Below, piece after piece: positions 15,001 through 28,794 of a DNA stretch of 64,000 nt; positions within the stretch are counted from its first letter, which is position 1; every line of letters begins with the position of its first letter. Both the position numbers and the translations under genes were made by a program. Under the pieces are notes generated by a model that worked only from the letters and a program-made list of their open reading frames with translations, made no database searches and was not told where the DNA came from. Source of the stretch: the human T2T-CHM13v2.0 reference genome, Homo sapiens; NCBI RefSeq assembly GCF_009914755.1, contig NC_060933.1; one strand, written 5' to 3'.

Positions 15001-18000
15001 CTTTCCATTCCATTCGGGTTGAATCCATTCCATTCCATTCCCTTCCATTCCATTCCATTCCATTCCTTTGCACTCGGGTTGATTCCATTCCATTCCCTGC
15101 CATTCCATTTCATTCCATTCCATTCCATTCCATTCCATTCCATTCGATTCCATTCCATTCCGTTCCATTCCATTCCATTACATTCGGATTGATTGTATTC
15201 AATTCCCTTAAACTCCATTACATTCCATTCCTTTCGGGTTGTTTCCGTTCCATTACATTCCATTCCACTCCATTCCATTGCACTCAGGTTGATTCCATTC
15301 CATTCCATTCCATTCCATTCCATTCCATTCCATTCCATTCCATTCCATTTCGTTCCATTCCATTCTATTCCGTACCATTCCATTCCATTCCATTCCATTC
15401 CATGCCATTCCACTCGGGTTGATTCCATTCCTTACCATTCCATTCGGGTTGAATAAATTCCATTCCATTCCATTGCATTCCGTTCCATTCCATTCCCCTG
15501 CAATCGGGTGGATTCCATTCTATTCCATTCCATTCCATTCATTCCATTCCATTCCATTCCATTTCGTTCCATTCCATTCTATTCCGTACCTTTCCATTCC
15601 ATTCCATTCCATTCCATTCCATGCCATGCCATTCCACTCGGGTTGATTCCATTCCTTTCCATTCCATTCTAGTTGAATCCATTCCATTGCTTTCCATTCC
15701 ATTCGATTCCATTCAATTGCACACGGGTTCATTCCATTCCATTCCATTCCATTCCATTCCATTCCATTCCGTTCCATTCCATTCCATTTCGTTCCATTCC
15801 ATTCTATTCCGTACCATTCCCTTCCATTCCATTCCATTCCACTCCGTTCCATGCCATTCCACTCGGGTTTATTCCATTCCTTTCCATTCCATTCGGGTTG
15901 AATCCATTCCATTCCATTCCATTCCATTCCATTCCATTCCATTCCATTCCATTCCATGCCATTCCACTCGGGTTGATTCCATTCCTTTCCATTCCATTCG
16001 AGTTGAACCCATTCCATTCCATTCCATTCCATTCCATTCCATTGCTCACGGGTTCATTCCATTCCATTCCATTCCATTCCATTCCATTCCATTCCATTTC
16101 GTTCCATTCCATTCTACTCCGTACCATTCCATTCCATTCCATTCCCTTCCATGCCATTTCACTCGGGATTATTCCTTTCCTTTCCATTCCATTCGGGTTG
16201 AATCCATTCCATTCCATTCCATTGCATTCCATTCCATTCCCCTGTAATCGGGTGGATTCCATTCTATTCCATTCCATTCCATTCCATTCCATTCCATTCC
16301 ATTCCATTTCGTTCCATTCCATTCTATTCCGTACCTTTCCATTCCATTCCATTCCATTCCATTCCATGCCATTCCACTCGGGTTGATTCCATTGCTTTCC
16401 ATTCCATTTGGGTTGAATCTAATCCATTCCATTCCATTCAATTCCATTCCATTCCATTGCACTAGGTTTGATTCCATTTCACTGCATTCCATTCCATTCC
16501 ATTCCATTAAATTCCATTCCACTCGGGTTGATTCCATTCCTTTCCATTCCATTCGTGTTGAATGCATTGCATTCCATTCCATTACTTTCGATTCCATTCC
16601 ATTGCACTCGGGTTGAACCCATTCCATTGGATTCCATTCCATTCCATTGCATTCCATTCCGTTCCATTCCATTCCATTACATTCGTATTGATTCTATTCA
16701 ATTCCCTTACACTCCATTCCATTCCATTCCATTCCATTCGGGTTGTTTCCATTCCATTCCATTCCATTCCACTCCATTCCATTGCAATCGGGTTGATTCC
16801 ATTCCATTCCATTCCATTCCATTCCGTATGATTCCATTCCATTGCATTCCATTCCATTCCATTCCCCTGCACTCGGGTGGATTCCATTCTATTCCATTCC
16901 ATTCCATTCCACTCTATTCCATTCCATTCCATTCCATTCCATTCCATTCCATTCCATTCTATTCGGGTTAATTTCATTCCATTCCATTCCATTCCATTCC
17001 ATTCAATTCCATTCCATTCCATTCCATTGAAATCGAGTTGATTTTATTTCATTCCATTCCATTCCATTCCATTCCATTCCATTGCATTCTATTCCGGTTA
17101 ATTCCATTCCATTCCATTCCATTCCATTCCATTCCATTCCATTCCATTCCATTCTATTAGGGTTAATTCCATTCCATTCCATTCCATTACATTCCATTGC
17201 AATCGAGTTGATTCCATTGCATTCCATTCCATTCCATTCAATTCCGGATGATTGCATTCCATTGCCTTCCCTTCCATTCCATTCCCCTGCACTCGGGTTG
17301 ATTCCATTCCTTTCCTTTCCATTCCATTCCATTCCATTCCATTCCATTCCATTTCGTTTCATTCCGTTCTATTCCGTACCATTCCATTCCATTCCATTCC
17401 ATTTCATTCCATTCCATTCCATGCCATTCCACTCGGGTTGATTCCATTCCTTTCCATTCCATTCGACTTGAATCCATTCCATTCCATTCCATTCCATTCG
17501 ATTCCATTCCATTGCAGACGGGTTCATTCCATTCCATTCCATTCCTTTCCATTCCATTCCATTGCACACGGGTTCATTCCATTCCATTCCATTACATTAC
17601 ATTCCATTCCATTTTGTTCCATTCCATTCTATTCCGTACCATTCCATTCCATTCCATTCCATTCCACTCCATTCCATGCCATTCCACTCGGGTTTATTCC
17701 ATTCCTTTCCATTCCATTCGGGTTGAATCCATTCCATTCCATTCCATTCCATTCCATTCAATTCCATTACATAGCACTCGGGTTGACTCCATTGCATTCC
17801 ATTCCATTCCATTGCATTCCATTCCATTCCATTCCATTCCATTGCATTCCATTCCATGCCATTCCACTCGGGTTGATTCCATTCCTTTCCATTCCATTCG
17901 AGTTTAACCCATTCCATTCCATTCCATTCCATTCCATTCCATTGCAATCGAATTGATTCCATTCCATTCCATTCCATTCCATTCCATTCCATTCCATTCC

Positions 18001-19163
18001 ATTCCATGCCATTCCACTCGGGTTGATTCCATTGCTTTCCATTCGATTTGGGTTGAATCCAATCCATTCCATTCCATTCAATTCCATTCCTTTCCATTGC
18101 ACTAGGTTTGATTCCATTCCACAGCATTCCATTCCATTCCATTCCATTCCATTGCATTCCATTCCATTCCATTCCATTCCATTCCATTCCACTCGGGATG
18201 ATTCCATTCCTTTCCATTCCATTCGGGTTGAAACCATTCCATTCCATTCCATTCCATTCCATTCAATTCCATTACATTGCACTCGGGTTGATTCCATTCC
18301 ATTCCATTCCATTTCAATCCATTCCCTTCCATTCCATTTCATTCCATTCCATTCCATTCCATTCCATTCCATTCCATTCCTTTCCATTCCATTCCATGCC
18401 ATTCCACTCGGGTTGATTCCATTCCTTTCCATTCCATTCTAGTTGAACCCATTCCATTCCATTCCATTCCATTCCATTCCATTCCATTGCACACGGGTTC
18501 ATTCCATTCCATTCCATTCCATTCCATTCCATTCCATTCCATTTCGTTCCATTCCATTCTATTCCTTACCATTCCATTCCATTCCATTCCCTTCCATGCC
18601 ATTCCACTCCGGTTTATTCCATTCCTTTCCATTCCATTTGGGTTGAATCCATTCCATTCCATTCCATTCCATTCCATTCCATTCCATGCCATTGCACTCG
18701 GGTTGATTCCATTCCTTTCCATTCCATTCGAATTGAACCCATTCCATTCCATTCCATTCCATTCCATTCCATTCCATTGCTCACGGGTTCATTCCATTCC
18801 ATTCCATTCCATTCCATTTCATTCCATTCCATTCTACTCCCTACCATTCCATTCCATTCCATTCCCTTCCATGCCATTTCACTCTGGTTTATTCCATTCC
18901 TTTCCATTCCATTCGGGTTGAATCCATTCCATTCCATTCCATTCCATTCCATTCCATTGCGCTCGGGTTGATTCCATTCCATTCTATGCCATTCCATTTC
19001 ATTCCATTCCATTCCATTCCATTCCATTCCATTCCATTCCATTCCTTTCCTTTCAATTCCATTCCATTACATTCGGATTGATTCTTTTTAATTCCCTTAC
19101 ACTCCATTACATTCCATTCCATTCGGGTACTTTCCATTCCATTCCATTCCATTCCACTGCATT

Positions 19164-22100
19164 CTATTGCACTCGCGTTGATTGATTCCATTCCATTGCA
19201 TTCCATTCCATTCCATTCCTTTCCATTCCATTCCATTCCATTCTGTTCAGGTTAATTCCATTCCATTCCATTCCCTTCCATTCCATTCCATTCCATTCCA
19301 TCCCATTGCAATCGAGGTGATTCCATTGCATTCCATTCCATTCCATTCCATTGCATTCCATTCCATTCCATTCCCCTGCACTCAGATTGATTCCATTCCA
19401 TTCCTTTCCATTCCATTCCGTTCCATTCCTTTCCATTCCATTCTATTTGCGTTAATTCCGTTCCATTCCATTCCATTACATTCCTTTGCAATTGAGTTGA
19501 TTCCATTCCATTCCGTTCCATTCCATTCCATTCCATTCCATTCCATTCCATGCCATTCCACCCGGGTTGATTCCATTCCTTTACATTCCATTCGAGTTGA
19601 ATCCATTCCATTCCATTCCATTCCATTCGATTCCATTCCATTGCTCACGTGTTCATTCCATTCCATTCCATTCCATTCCATTCCATTTCGTTCCATTCCA
19701 TTCTCTTCCGTAGTATTCCATTCCATTCCATTCCACTCCATTCCATGCCATTCCACTCGGTTTGATTCCATTCCTTTCCATTCCATTCGGGTTGAATTCA
19801 TTCCATTCCATTCCATTCCATTCCATTCAATTCCATTACATTGCACTCGGGTTGATTCCATTCCATTCCATTCCATTTCAATCCATTCCCTTCCATTCCA
19901 TTTCATTCCATTCCATTCCATTCCATTCCATTCCATTCCATTCCTTTCCATTCCATTCCATGCCATTCCACTCGGGTTGATTCCATTCCTTTCCATTCCA
20001 TTCTAGTTGAACCCATTCCATTCCATTCCATTCCATTCCATTCCATTCCATTCCATTGCACACGGGTTCATTCCATTCCATTCCATTCCATTCCATTCCA
20101 TTCCATTCCATTTCGTTCCATTCCATTCTATTCCTTACCATTCCATTCCATTCCATTCCCTTCCATGCCATTTCACTCGGGTTTATTCCATTCCTTTCCA
20201 TTCCATTCGGGTTGAATCCATTCCATTCCATTCCATTCCATTCCATTGAACTCGGGTTGATTCCATTCCATTCCATGCCATTCCATTTCATTCCATTCCA
20301 TTCCATTCCATTCCATTCCATTCCATTCCATTCCGTTCCCTTCCATTCCATTACACTCGGATTGATTCTTTTTAATTCGCTTACACTCCATTACATTCCT
20401 TTCCATTCGGGTACTTTCCATTCCATTCCATTCCATTCCAGTGCATTCTATTGCACTCGGGTTGATTGATTCCATTCCATTGCATTCCATTCCATTCCAT
20501 TCCCCTGCACTCGGGTTGATCCCATTCCATTGCATTCCATTTCATTCCATTCCATTCCATTCCGTTCCATTCCATTCCATTCCATTCTCTTCAGCTTAAT
20601 TCCATTCAATTCCATTCCCTTCCTTTCTGTTCCATTCCATTCCATTCCATTCTGTTCAGGTTAATTCCATTCCATTCCATTCCCTTCCATTCCATTCCAT
20701 TCCATTCCATCCCATTGCCATCTAGTTGATTCCATTGCATTCCATTCCATTCCATTCCATTCCATTGCATTCCATTCCATTCCATTCCCCTGCACTCAGA
20801 TTGATTCCATTCCATCCCATTCCATTCCATTCCGTTCCATTACATTCCATTCCATTCTATTCGCGTTAATTCCATTCCATTCCATTACATTCCATTGCAA
20901 TCGAGTTGATTCCATTCCATTCCGTTCCATTCCATTCCATTCCATTCCATTTCATTCCATTCCATTCTATTCTGCACCATTCCATTCCATTCCATTCCAT
21001 TCCATTCCATTCCATGCCATTCCACTCGGGTTGATTCCATTGCTTTCCATTCCATTTGGGTTGAATCCAATCCATTCCATTCCATTCCATTCCATTCCAT
21101 TCCATTCCATTCCGTTCCATTCCATTCCATTGCACTAGGTTTGATTCCATTCCACTGCATTCCATTCCATTCCATTCCGTTCCATTCCATTCCATTACAT
21201 TCGGATTCATTGTATTCAATTCCCTTACACTCCATTATATTCCATTCCATTCGGGTTGTTTCCATTCCATTACATTCCATTCCACTCCATTCCATTGCAC
21301 TCAGGTTGATTCCATTCCATTCCATTCCATTCCATTCCATTTCGTTCCATTCCATTCTATTCCGTACCATTCCTTTCCATTCCATTCCATTCCATTCCAT
21401 GCGATTCCACTCAGGTTTATTCCATTCCTTTCCATTCCATTCGGGTTGAATCCATTCCATTCCATTCCATTCCATTCCATTCCTTTGCACTCGGGTTGAT
21501 TCCATTCCATTCCCTGCCATTCCATTTCATTCCATTCCATTCCATTCCATTCCATTCCATTCCACTGCATTCTATTGCACTCGGGTTGATTGATTCCATT
21601 CCATTGCATTCCATTCCATTCCATTCCATTCTGTTCAGGTTAATTCCATTCCATTCCATTCCCTTCCATTCCATTCCATTCCATTCCATCCCATTGCAAT
21701 CGAGGTGATTCCATTGCATTCCATTCCATTCCATTCCATTGCATTCCATTCCATTGCATTCCCCTGCACTCAGATTGATTCCATTCCATTCCTTTCCATT
21801 CCATTCCGTTCAATTCCTTTCCATTCCATTCTAATTGCGTTAATTCCGTTCCATTCCATTCCATTACATTCCTTTGCAATCGAGTTGATTCCATTCCATT
21901 CCGTTCCATTCCATTCCATTCCATTCCATTCCATTCCATGCCATTCCACTCGGGTTGATTCCATTCCTTTCCATTCCATTCGAGTTGAATCCATTCCATT
22001 CCATTCTATTCCATTCGATTCCATTCCATTGCTCACGTGTTCATTCCATTCCATTCCATTCCATTTCGTTCCATTCCATTCTCTTCCGTAGTATTCCATT

Positions 22101-22423
22101 CCATTCCATTCCACTCCATTCCATGCCATTCCACTCGGGTTTATTCCATTCCTTTCCATTCCATTCGGGTTGAATTCATTCCATTCCATTCCATTCCATT
22201 CCTTTCCATTCAATTCCATTACATTGCACTCGGGTTGAACCCATTCCATTCCATTCCATTTCAATCCATTCCCTTCCATTCCATTTCATTCCGTTCCATT
22301 CCATTCCATTCCATTCCATTCCATGCCATTCCACTCGGTTTGATTCCATTCCTTTCCATTCCATTCTAGTTGAACCCATTCCATTCCATTCCATTCCATT
22401 CCATTCCATTCCATTGCACACGG
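19164..22423 (+). repeat. Direct repeat of ~0.9 kb (19164-20065 and 21570-22423), spacing ~2.36-2.39 kb
   Basis: Shared rare words CGAGGTGA (19313/21701), GCTCACGTGTTC (19643/22031), CTCTTCCGTAGTATT (19703/22081) and TTCTAGTTGAACCC (20001/22364). Confidence 0.85.
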
Positions 22424-22450
22424 AATGGAATGGAATGGAAACAACCCGAA
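22411..22450. other. Strand-switch junction 1 (CATTC to GGAAT)
   Basis: Sequence reads CCATTGCACACGG AATGGAATGGAATGGAAACAACCCGAA. The word GCACACGGGTTC is cut after CGG and joined, with 2-3 nt (GG/CGG) usable by both sides, to GGAAT repeats. No foreign insert. Confidence 0.97.
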
Positions 22451-23449
22451 TGGAATGGAATGTAATGGAGTGTAAGGGAATTGAATGCAATCAATCCGAA
22501 TGTAATGGAATGGAATGGAACGGAATGGAATGGAATGGAATGGAATGGAATGGAATGGAAGGGGTTGGATTCAACCCAAATGGAATGGAAAGCAATGGAA
22601 TCAACCCGAGTGGAATGGCATGGAATGGAATGGCATGGAATGGAATGGAATGCAATGGAATGGAATGTTAAGGAATAGAAAGGAATGGAACGAAATGGAA
22701 TGGAATGGAATGGAATGGAATGGAATGGAATGGAATGGAATGGAATCAACCTGACTGCAATGGAATGGAGTGGAATGGAATGTAATGGAATGGAAACAGC
22801 CCGAATGGAATCGAATGTAATGGAGTGTAAGGGAATTGAGTACAATCAGTACGAATGTAATGGAATGGAATGGAACGGAATGGAATGGAATGGAAAGGAA
22901 TGGAATCAACACGAGTGCAGGGGAATGGAATTGAATGGAATGCAATGGAATGGAATCATCCTGAATGGAATGGAATGCAATGGAATGGAATCAATCAACC
23001 CGAGTGCATTAGAATGCAGAGGAATGGAATGGAATGGAATGGAAACTACCCGAATGGAATGGAATGTAATGGAGTGTAAGGGAATTAAAAAGAATCAATC
23101 CGAATGTAATGGAATTGAACGGAAAGGAATGGAATGGAGTGGAACGGAATGGAATGGAATGGAATGAAATGGAATGGCATGGAATGGAATGGAATCAACC
23201 CGAGTTCAATGGAATGGAATGGAATGGAATGGAATGGAATGGAATGGATTCAACCCGAATGGAATGGAAAGGAATGGAATCAACCCGAGTGAAATGGCAT
23301 GGAAGGGAATGGAATGGAATGGAATGGTAAGGAATAGAATGGAATGGAACGAAATGGAATGGAATGGAATGGAATGCAATGGAATGGAATGGAATGGAAT
23401 GGAATGAACCCGTGTGCAATGGAATGGAATGGAATGCAATGGAATAGAA

Positions 23450-25740
23450 TGGAATGGGTTCAACTGGAATGGAATGGAAAGGAATGGAATCAACCCGAGT
23501 GGAATGGCATGGAATGGAATGGAATGGAAGGGAATGGAATGGAATGGAATGAAATGGAATGGAAGGGAATGGAATGAAATGGAATTGAATGGAATGGAAT
23601 CAACCCGAGTGCAATGGAATGGAATGGAATGGAATGGAATGGAATGGAATGGAATGAATTCAACCCGAATGGAATGGAAAGGAATGGAATAAACCCGAGT
23701 GGAATGGCATGGAATGGAGTGGAATGGAATGGAATGGAATGGTACGGAAGAGAATGGAATGGAACGAAATGGAATGAAATGGAATAGAATGGAATGGAAT
23801 GAACCCGTGAGCAATGGAATGGAATCGAATGGAATGGAATCGAATGGAATGGAAAGTAATGGAATCAACCCGAGTGGAATGGCATGGAATGGAATGGAAT
23901 GGAATGGAAAGGAATGGAATAAACCCGAGTGTAGAGGAATGGAATGGAATGGAAGGCAATGGATTGGAATGAAATGGAATGGCATGGAATGGAATGGAAT
24001 GGAAAGGAATGGAATTAAACCTAATAGAATGGAATGGAATGGAATAGAATGGAATGGAATGGAAGGGAACGGAATGGAATGGAATGGAATTAACCCGAAT
24101 AGAATGGAATGGAATGGAATTGAATGGAATGGAATGGAATGGAATCAACTCGATTTCAATGGAATGGAATGGAATGGAATGGAATGGAATGGAATGGAAT
24201 GGAATAGAATGGAATCCACCCGAGTGCAGGGGAATGGAATGGAATAGAATGCAATGGAATGGAATCATACGGAATGGAATGGAATGGAATGGAATTGAAT
24301 GGAATGGAATGGAATGGAAACAACCCGAATGGAATGGAATGTGATGGATTGTAAGGGAATTGAATAGAATCAATCCGAATGTAATGGAATTGAATGGAAC
24401 GGAATGGAATGGAATGGAATGGAATGGAATGGAATGGAATGGAATGCAAAGGAATGGGATCAACCCGAGTGCAATGGAATGGAATCGAAAGGAATGGAAT
24501 GGAATGGAAAGGCTTCACCCCGAATGGAATGGAAAGGAATGGAATCAACCCGAGTGGAATGGAATGGAATGGAATGGAATAGAATGGAATGGAATGGAAT
24601 GCAATGGAATGGAACGGAATGGAATCAACCCGATTGCAATGAAATTGAATGGAATGGAATGGAATGGAATGGTATGGAATGGAATGGAACGGAATGGAAT
24701 GGAATGGAATTGAATGGAATCAACCCGGGTGCAGGGGAATGCAATTGAATGGAAGGCAATGGAATGCAATCATCCGGAATGGAATGGAATAGAATGGAAT
24801 GGAATGGTTTCAACCCGAATGGAATGGAATGGAAAGGAATCAACCCGAGTGGAATGGCATGGAATGGAATGGAATGGAATGCAATGGAATGGAATGGAAT
24901 GGAATGGTATGGAATAGAATGGAATGGAACGAAATGGAATGGAAGGGAATGGAATGGAATGGAATGGAATCAACCCGACTGCAATGGAATGGAGTGGAAT
25001 GGAATGGAATGGAATGGAAACAACCCGAATGGAATGGAATGTAATGGAGTGTAAGGGAATTGAATACAATCAATACGAATGTAATGGAATGGAATGGAAC
25101 GGAATGGAATGGAATGGAATGGAATGGAATGGAATGGATTCAACCCAAATGGAATGGAAAGCAATGGAATCAACCAGAGTGGAATGGCATGGAACGGAAT
25201 GGAATGGAATGGTATGGAATAGAATGGAATGGAAAGAAATGGAATGGAATGGAATGGAATGGAACGGAATGGAATGGAAAGGAATAGAATGGAATAGAAT
25301 GGAATAGAATGGAATGGAACGAAATGGAATGGAACGGAATGGAATGGAATCAATCCGAGTGGAATAGAAGGGAATGCAATCGAGTAGAATGGAAAGGAAT
25401 GGAATCAACCAGAGTGGAATGGAAGGGAATGGAATGGAATGGAAACTAATAAAATGGAATCAACACGAGTGGAATGGAATGGAAAGGACTTGAATGGAAT
25501 GGAATGGAATGGAATGGAATCAACTCGATTGCAATGGAATGTAACGGAATGGAATTGAATGGAATTAATGCGAATAGAATGGATTGGAATGGAATGGAAC
25601 GGAATGGAATGGAATGGAATGGAATGGAATCAAACTGAGTGCAGGGGAATGGAATGGAATGGAATGGAATAGAATGGAATGGAATGGAAGGGAATGGAAT
25701 GGAATGGAATTAACCTGAACAGAATGGAATGGAATGGAAT
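23450..25740 (-). repeat. Inverted copy of ~8790-11330
   Basis: Collinear reverse-complement rare words: CGGGGTGAAGCCTTT (~10134) vs AAAGGCTTCACCCCG (~24508); CCTGCACCCGGG (~9881) vs ~24724; TTCGCATTAA (~8957) vs ~25565; CTCAGTTTG (~8892) vs ~25631; CCAGTTGAACCC (~11313) vs ~23456. Confidence 0.88.
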
Positions 25741-28700
25741 GGAACGGAATGGAATGGAATGGAATGGAATGGAATGGAATGGAGTGTAAGGGAATTGAAT
25801 AGAATCAATCCGAATGGAATGGAATGGAATGGAACGCAATGTAATGGAATGGAATGGAATGGAATCAACCCGAGTGCAGGGGAATGGAAAGGAATTGAAT
25901 GCAATGGAAGGGAATCATCCGGAATGGAATGGAATGGAATGCAATGGAATGGAATCAATCCGAGTACAATGGAATGGAATGGAATGGAATGGAATGGAAT
26001 GGAATGCCTTCAAACCTAATGGAATGGAAAGGAATGCAATCAACACGAGTGGAATGGAATGGAATGGAATGGAATGGAATGGAATGGAATGATACGGAAT
26101 AGAATGGAATGGAACGAAATGGAATGGAATGGAATGGAATGGAATGGAATGGAATGGAATGGAATGGAATGGAATGGAATCGTTCCGAGTGGAATAGGAG
26201 GGAATGTATTCGAGTGGAATGGAAAGGAATGGAATCAGCAGAGTGGAATGGAAGGGAATGGAATGGAATGGAAACTAATAGAATGGAATCAACCCGAGTG
26301 GAATGGAATGGAAAGGATTGGAATGGAATGGAATGGAATGGAATGGAATGGAATCAACTCGATTGTAATGGAATGGAATGGAATGGAATGGAATGGAATG
26401 GAATGGAATTAACCCGAATACAATGGAATGGAATGGAATGGAAGGGAATGGAGTAGAATGGAATGGAATCAACCCGAGTGCAGGGGAATGGAATGGAATG
26501 GAATGCAATGGAATGGAATCATCCGGAATGGAATGGAATGGAATGGAATGCAAAGCAATGGAATCAACTCGATTGCAATGGAATGGAATGGAATGGAAAG
26601 GAATACATTGGAATCAACCCGAGTGGAATGGAATGGAAAGGACTGGAATGGAGTGGAATGGAATGGAATGGTATGGAATAGAATCAACTCGATTGGAATG
26701 GAATGGAATGGAATGGAATTAACCCGAATAGAATGGAATAGAATGGAATGGAACGGAACGGAACGGAACGGAATGAAATGGAATGGAATGGAATGGAATG
26801 GAATGGAATCAACCCGACTGCAGGGGAATGGAATGGAATGGAAACGAATGGAATGGATTCAACTTGAATGGAATGGAAAGAATGGAATCAACAGGAGTGG
26901 AATGGCATGGATTGGAATGGAATGGAATGGAATCAACCCGAGTACAGGGGAAAGGAATGGAATGGAATGCAATGGAATGGAATCATCCATAATGGAATGG
27001 AAAGGAATGGAATGGAATGGAATGGAATGGAATGGAATGGAATGGAATGGAATGGAATCAACTCGATTGCAATCGAATGGAATGGAATGGAATTAACCCG
27101 AATAGAATGGAATGGAATGGAATGGAACGGAACGGAACGGAATGGAATGGAATGGAATGGAATGGAACGGAAAGGAATAGAATGGAATCAACCCGAGTGG
27201 AATGGAATGGAAAGGACTGGAATTGAGTGGAATGGAATGGAATGGAATGGAATGCAATCAACTCGATTGGAATGGAATGGAATGGAATGGAATGGAATGG
27301 AATGGAATGGAATCAACTCGATTGGAATGGAATGGAATGGAATGGAATGGAATGGAATGGAATGGAATTAACCCAAATAGAATGGAATGGAATGGAATGG
27401 AACGGAACGGAATGGAATGGAATGGAATGGAATAGAATGGAATGGAACGGAACGGAACGGAATGGAATGGAATGGAATGGAATGGAATGGAATCAACGCG
27501 AGTGCAGGGGAATGTAATGGAACGGAATGCAGTGGAATGGAATCATCCGGAATGGAATGGAATGGAATGGAATGGAATGGAATGGAACAACCCGAATGGA
27601 ATGGAATGTAATGGAGAGTAAGGTAGTTGAATAGAATCAATCCGAATGTAATGGAATGGAATGCAACGGATTGGAATGGAATTGAATGGAATGGAATGCA
27701 ATGGAATGGAATCAAGCCGAGTACAATGGAATGGAATGGAATGGAATGGAATGGAATGGAATGGAATGGAATGGAAAGCCTTCAAACCGAATGGAATGGA
27801 AAGGAATGGAATCAACACGAGTGGAATGGAATGGAATGGAATGGAATGGAATGGAATGGAATGGAATGATACGGAATAGAATGGAATGGAACGAAATGGA
27901 ATGGAATGGAATGGAATGGAATGGAATGGAATGGAATGGTATGGAATCGTTCCGAGTGGAATAGGAGGGAATGTATTCGAGTGGAATGGAAAGGAATGGA
28001 ATCAACCAGAGTGGAATGGAAGGGAATGGAATGGAATGGAAAATAATAGAATGGAATCAACCCGAGTGGAATGGAATGGAAAGGACTGGAATGGAATGGA
28101 ATGGAATGGAATGGAATGGAATGGAATCAACTCGATTGTAATGGAATGGAATGGAATGGAATGGAATGGAATGGAATGGAATGGAATTAACCCGAATACA
28201 ATGGAATGGAATGGAATGCAACGGAATGGAGTGGAATGGAATGGAATCAACCCGAGTGCAGGGGAATGCAATGGAATGGAATGCAATGGAATGGAGTCAT
28301 CCGGAATGGAATGGAATGGAATGGAATGCAAAGCAATGGAATCAACTCGATTGCAATGGAATGGAATGGAATGGAAAGGAATACATTGGAATCAACCCGA
28401 GTGGAATGGAATGGAAAGGACTGGAATGGAGTGGAATGGAATGGAATGGAATGGAATGGAATCAACTCGATTGGAATGGAATGGAATGGAATGGAATGGA
28501 ATGGAAGTAACCCGAATAGAATGGAATGGAATGGAATGGAACGGAACGGAACGGAATGGAATGGAATGGAATGGAATGGAATGGAATGGAATGGAATCAA
28601 CCCGACTGCAGGAGAATGGAATGGAATGGAATGCAATGGAATCAACCCGAGTACAGGGGAATGGAATGGAATGGAATGCAATGGAATAGAATCATCCGTA

Positions 28701-28794
28701 ATGGAATTGAAAGGAATGGAATGGAATGGAATGGAATGGAATGGAATGGAATCAACTCGATTGCAATCGAATGCAATGGAATGGAATTAACGCG

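Larger units (their letters stand above)
1..22423 (+). repeat. HSat3 (satellite III) array block 1, CATTC on the + strand
   Basis: Continuous (CATTC)n with in-register variant words such as GCACTCGGGTTG (reverse complement contains the classical satellite III CAACCCGAGT), GCAATCGAGTTG and CTATTCGGGTTA. Long perfect pentamer runs and no dominant CATTCGATTC motif indicate HSat3 rather than HSat2. Confidence 0.97.

Noticed and set aside
22366-22845. Chimeric ORFs switching between IPFHS and MEWNG (also 49664-50118)
   Set aside because: These are simply open frames crossing the strand-switch junctions. They are useful as junction markers but are not genes.
26191-27990. ~1.77 kb spacing of the GGAATAGGAGGGAATGTATTCG word, reminiscent of ~1.8 kb satellite units
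   Set aside because: Later spacings are irregular (about 4.4, 1.1, 1.35 and 0.35 kb), so it is not a periodic unit.
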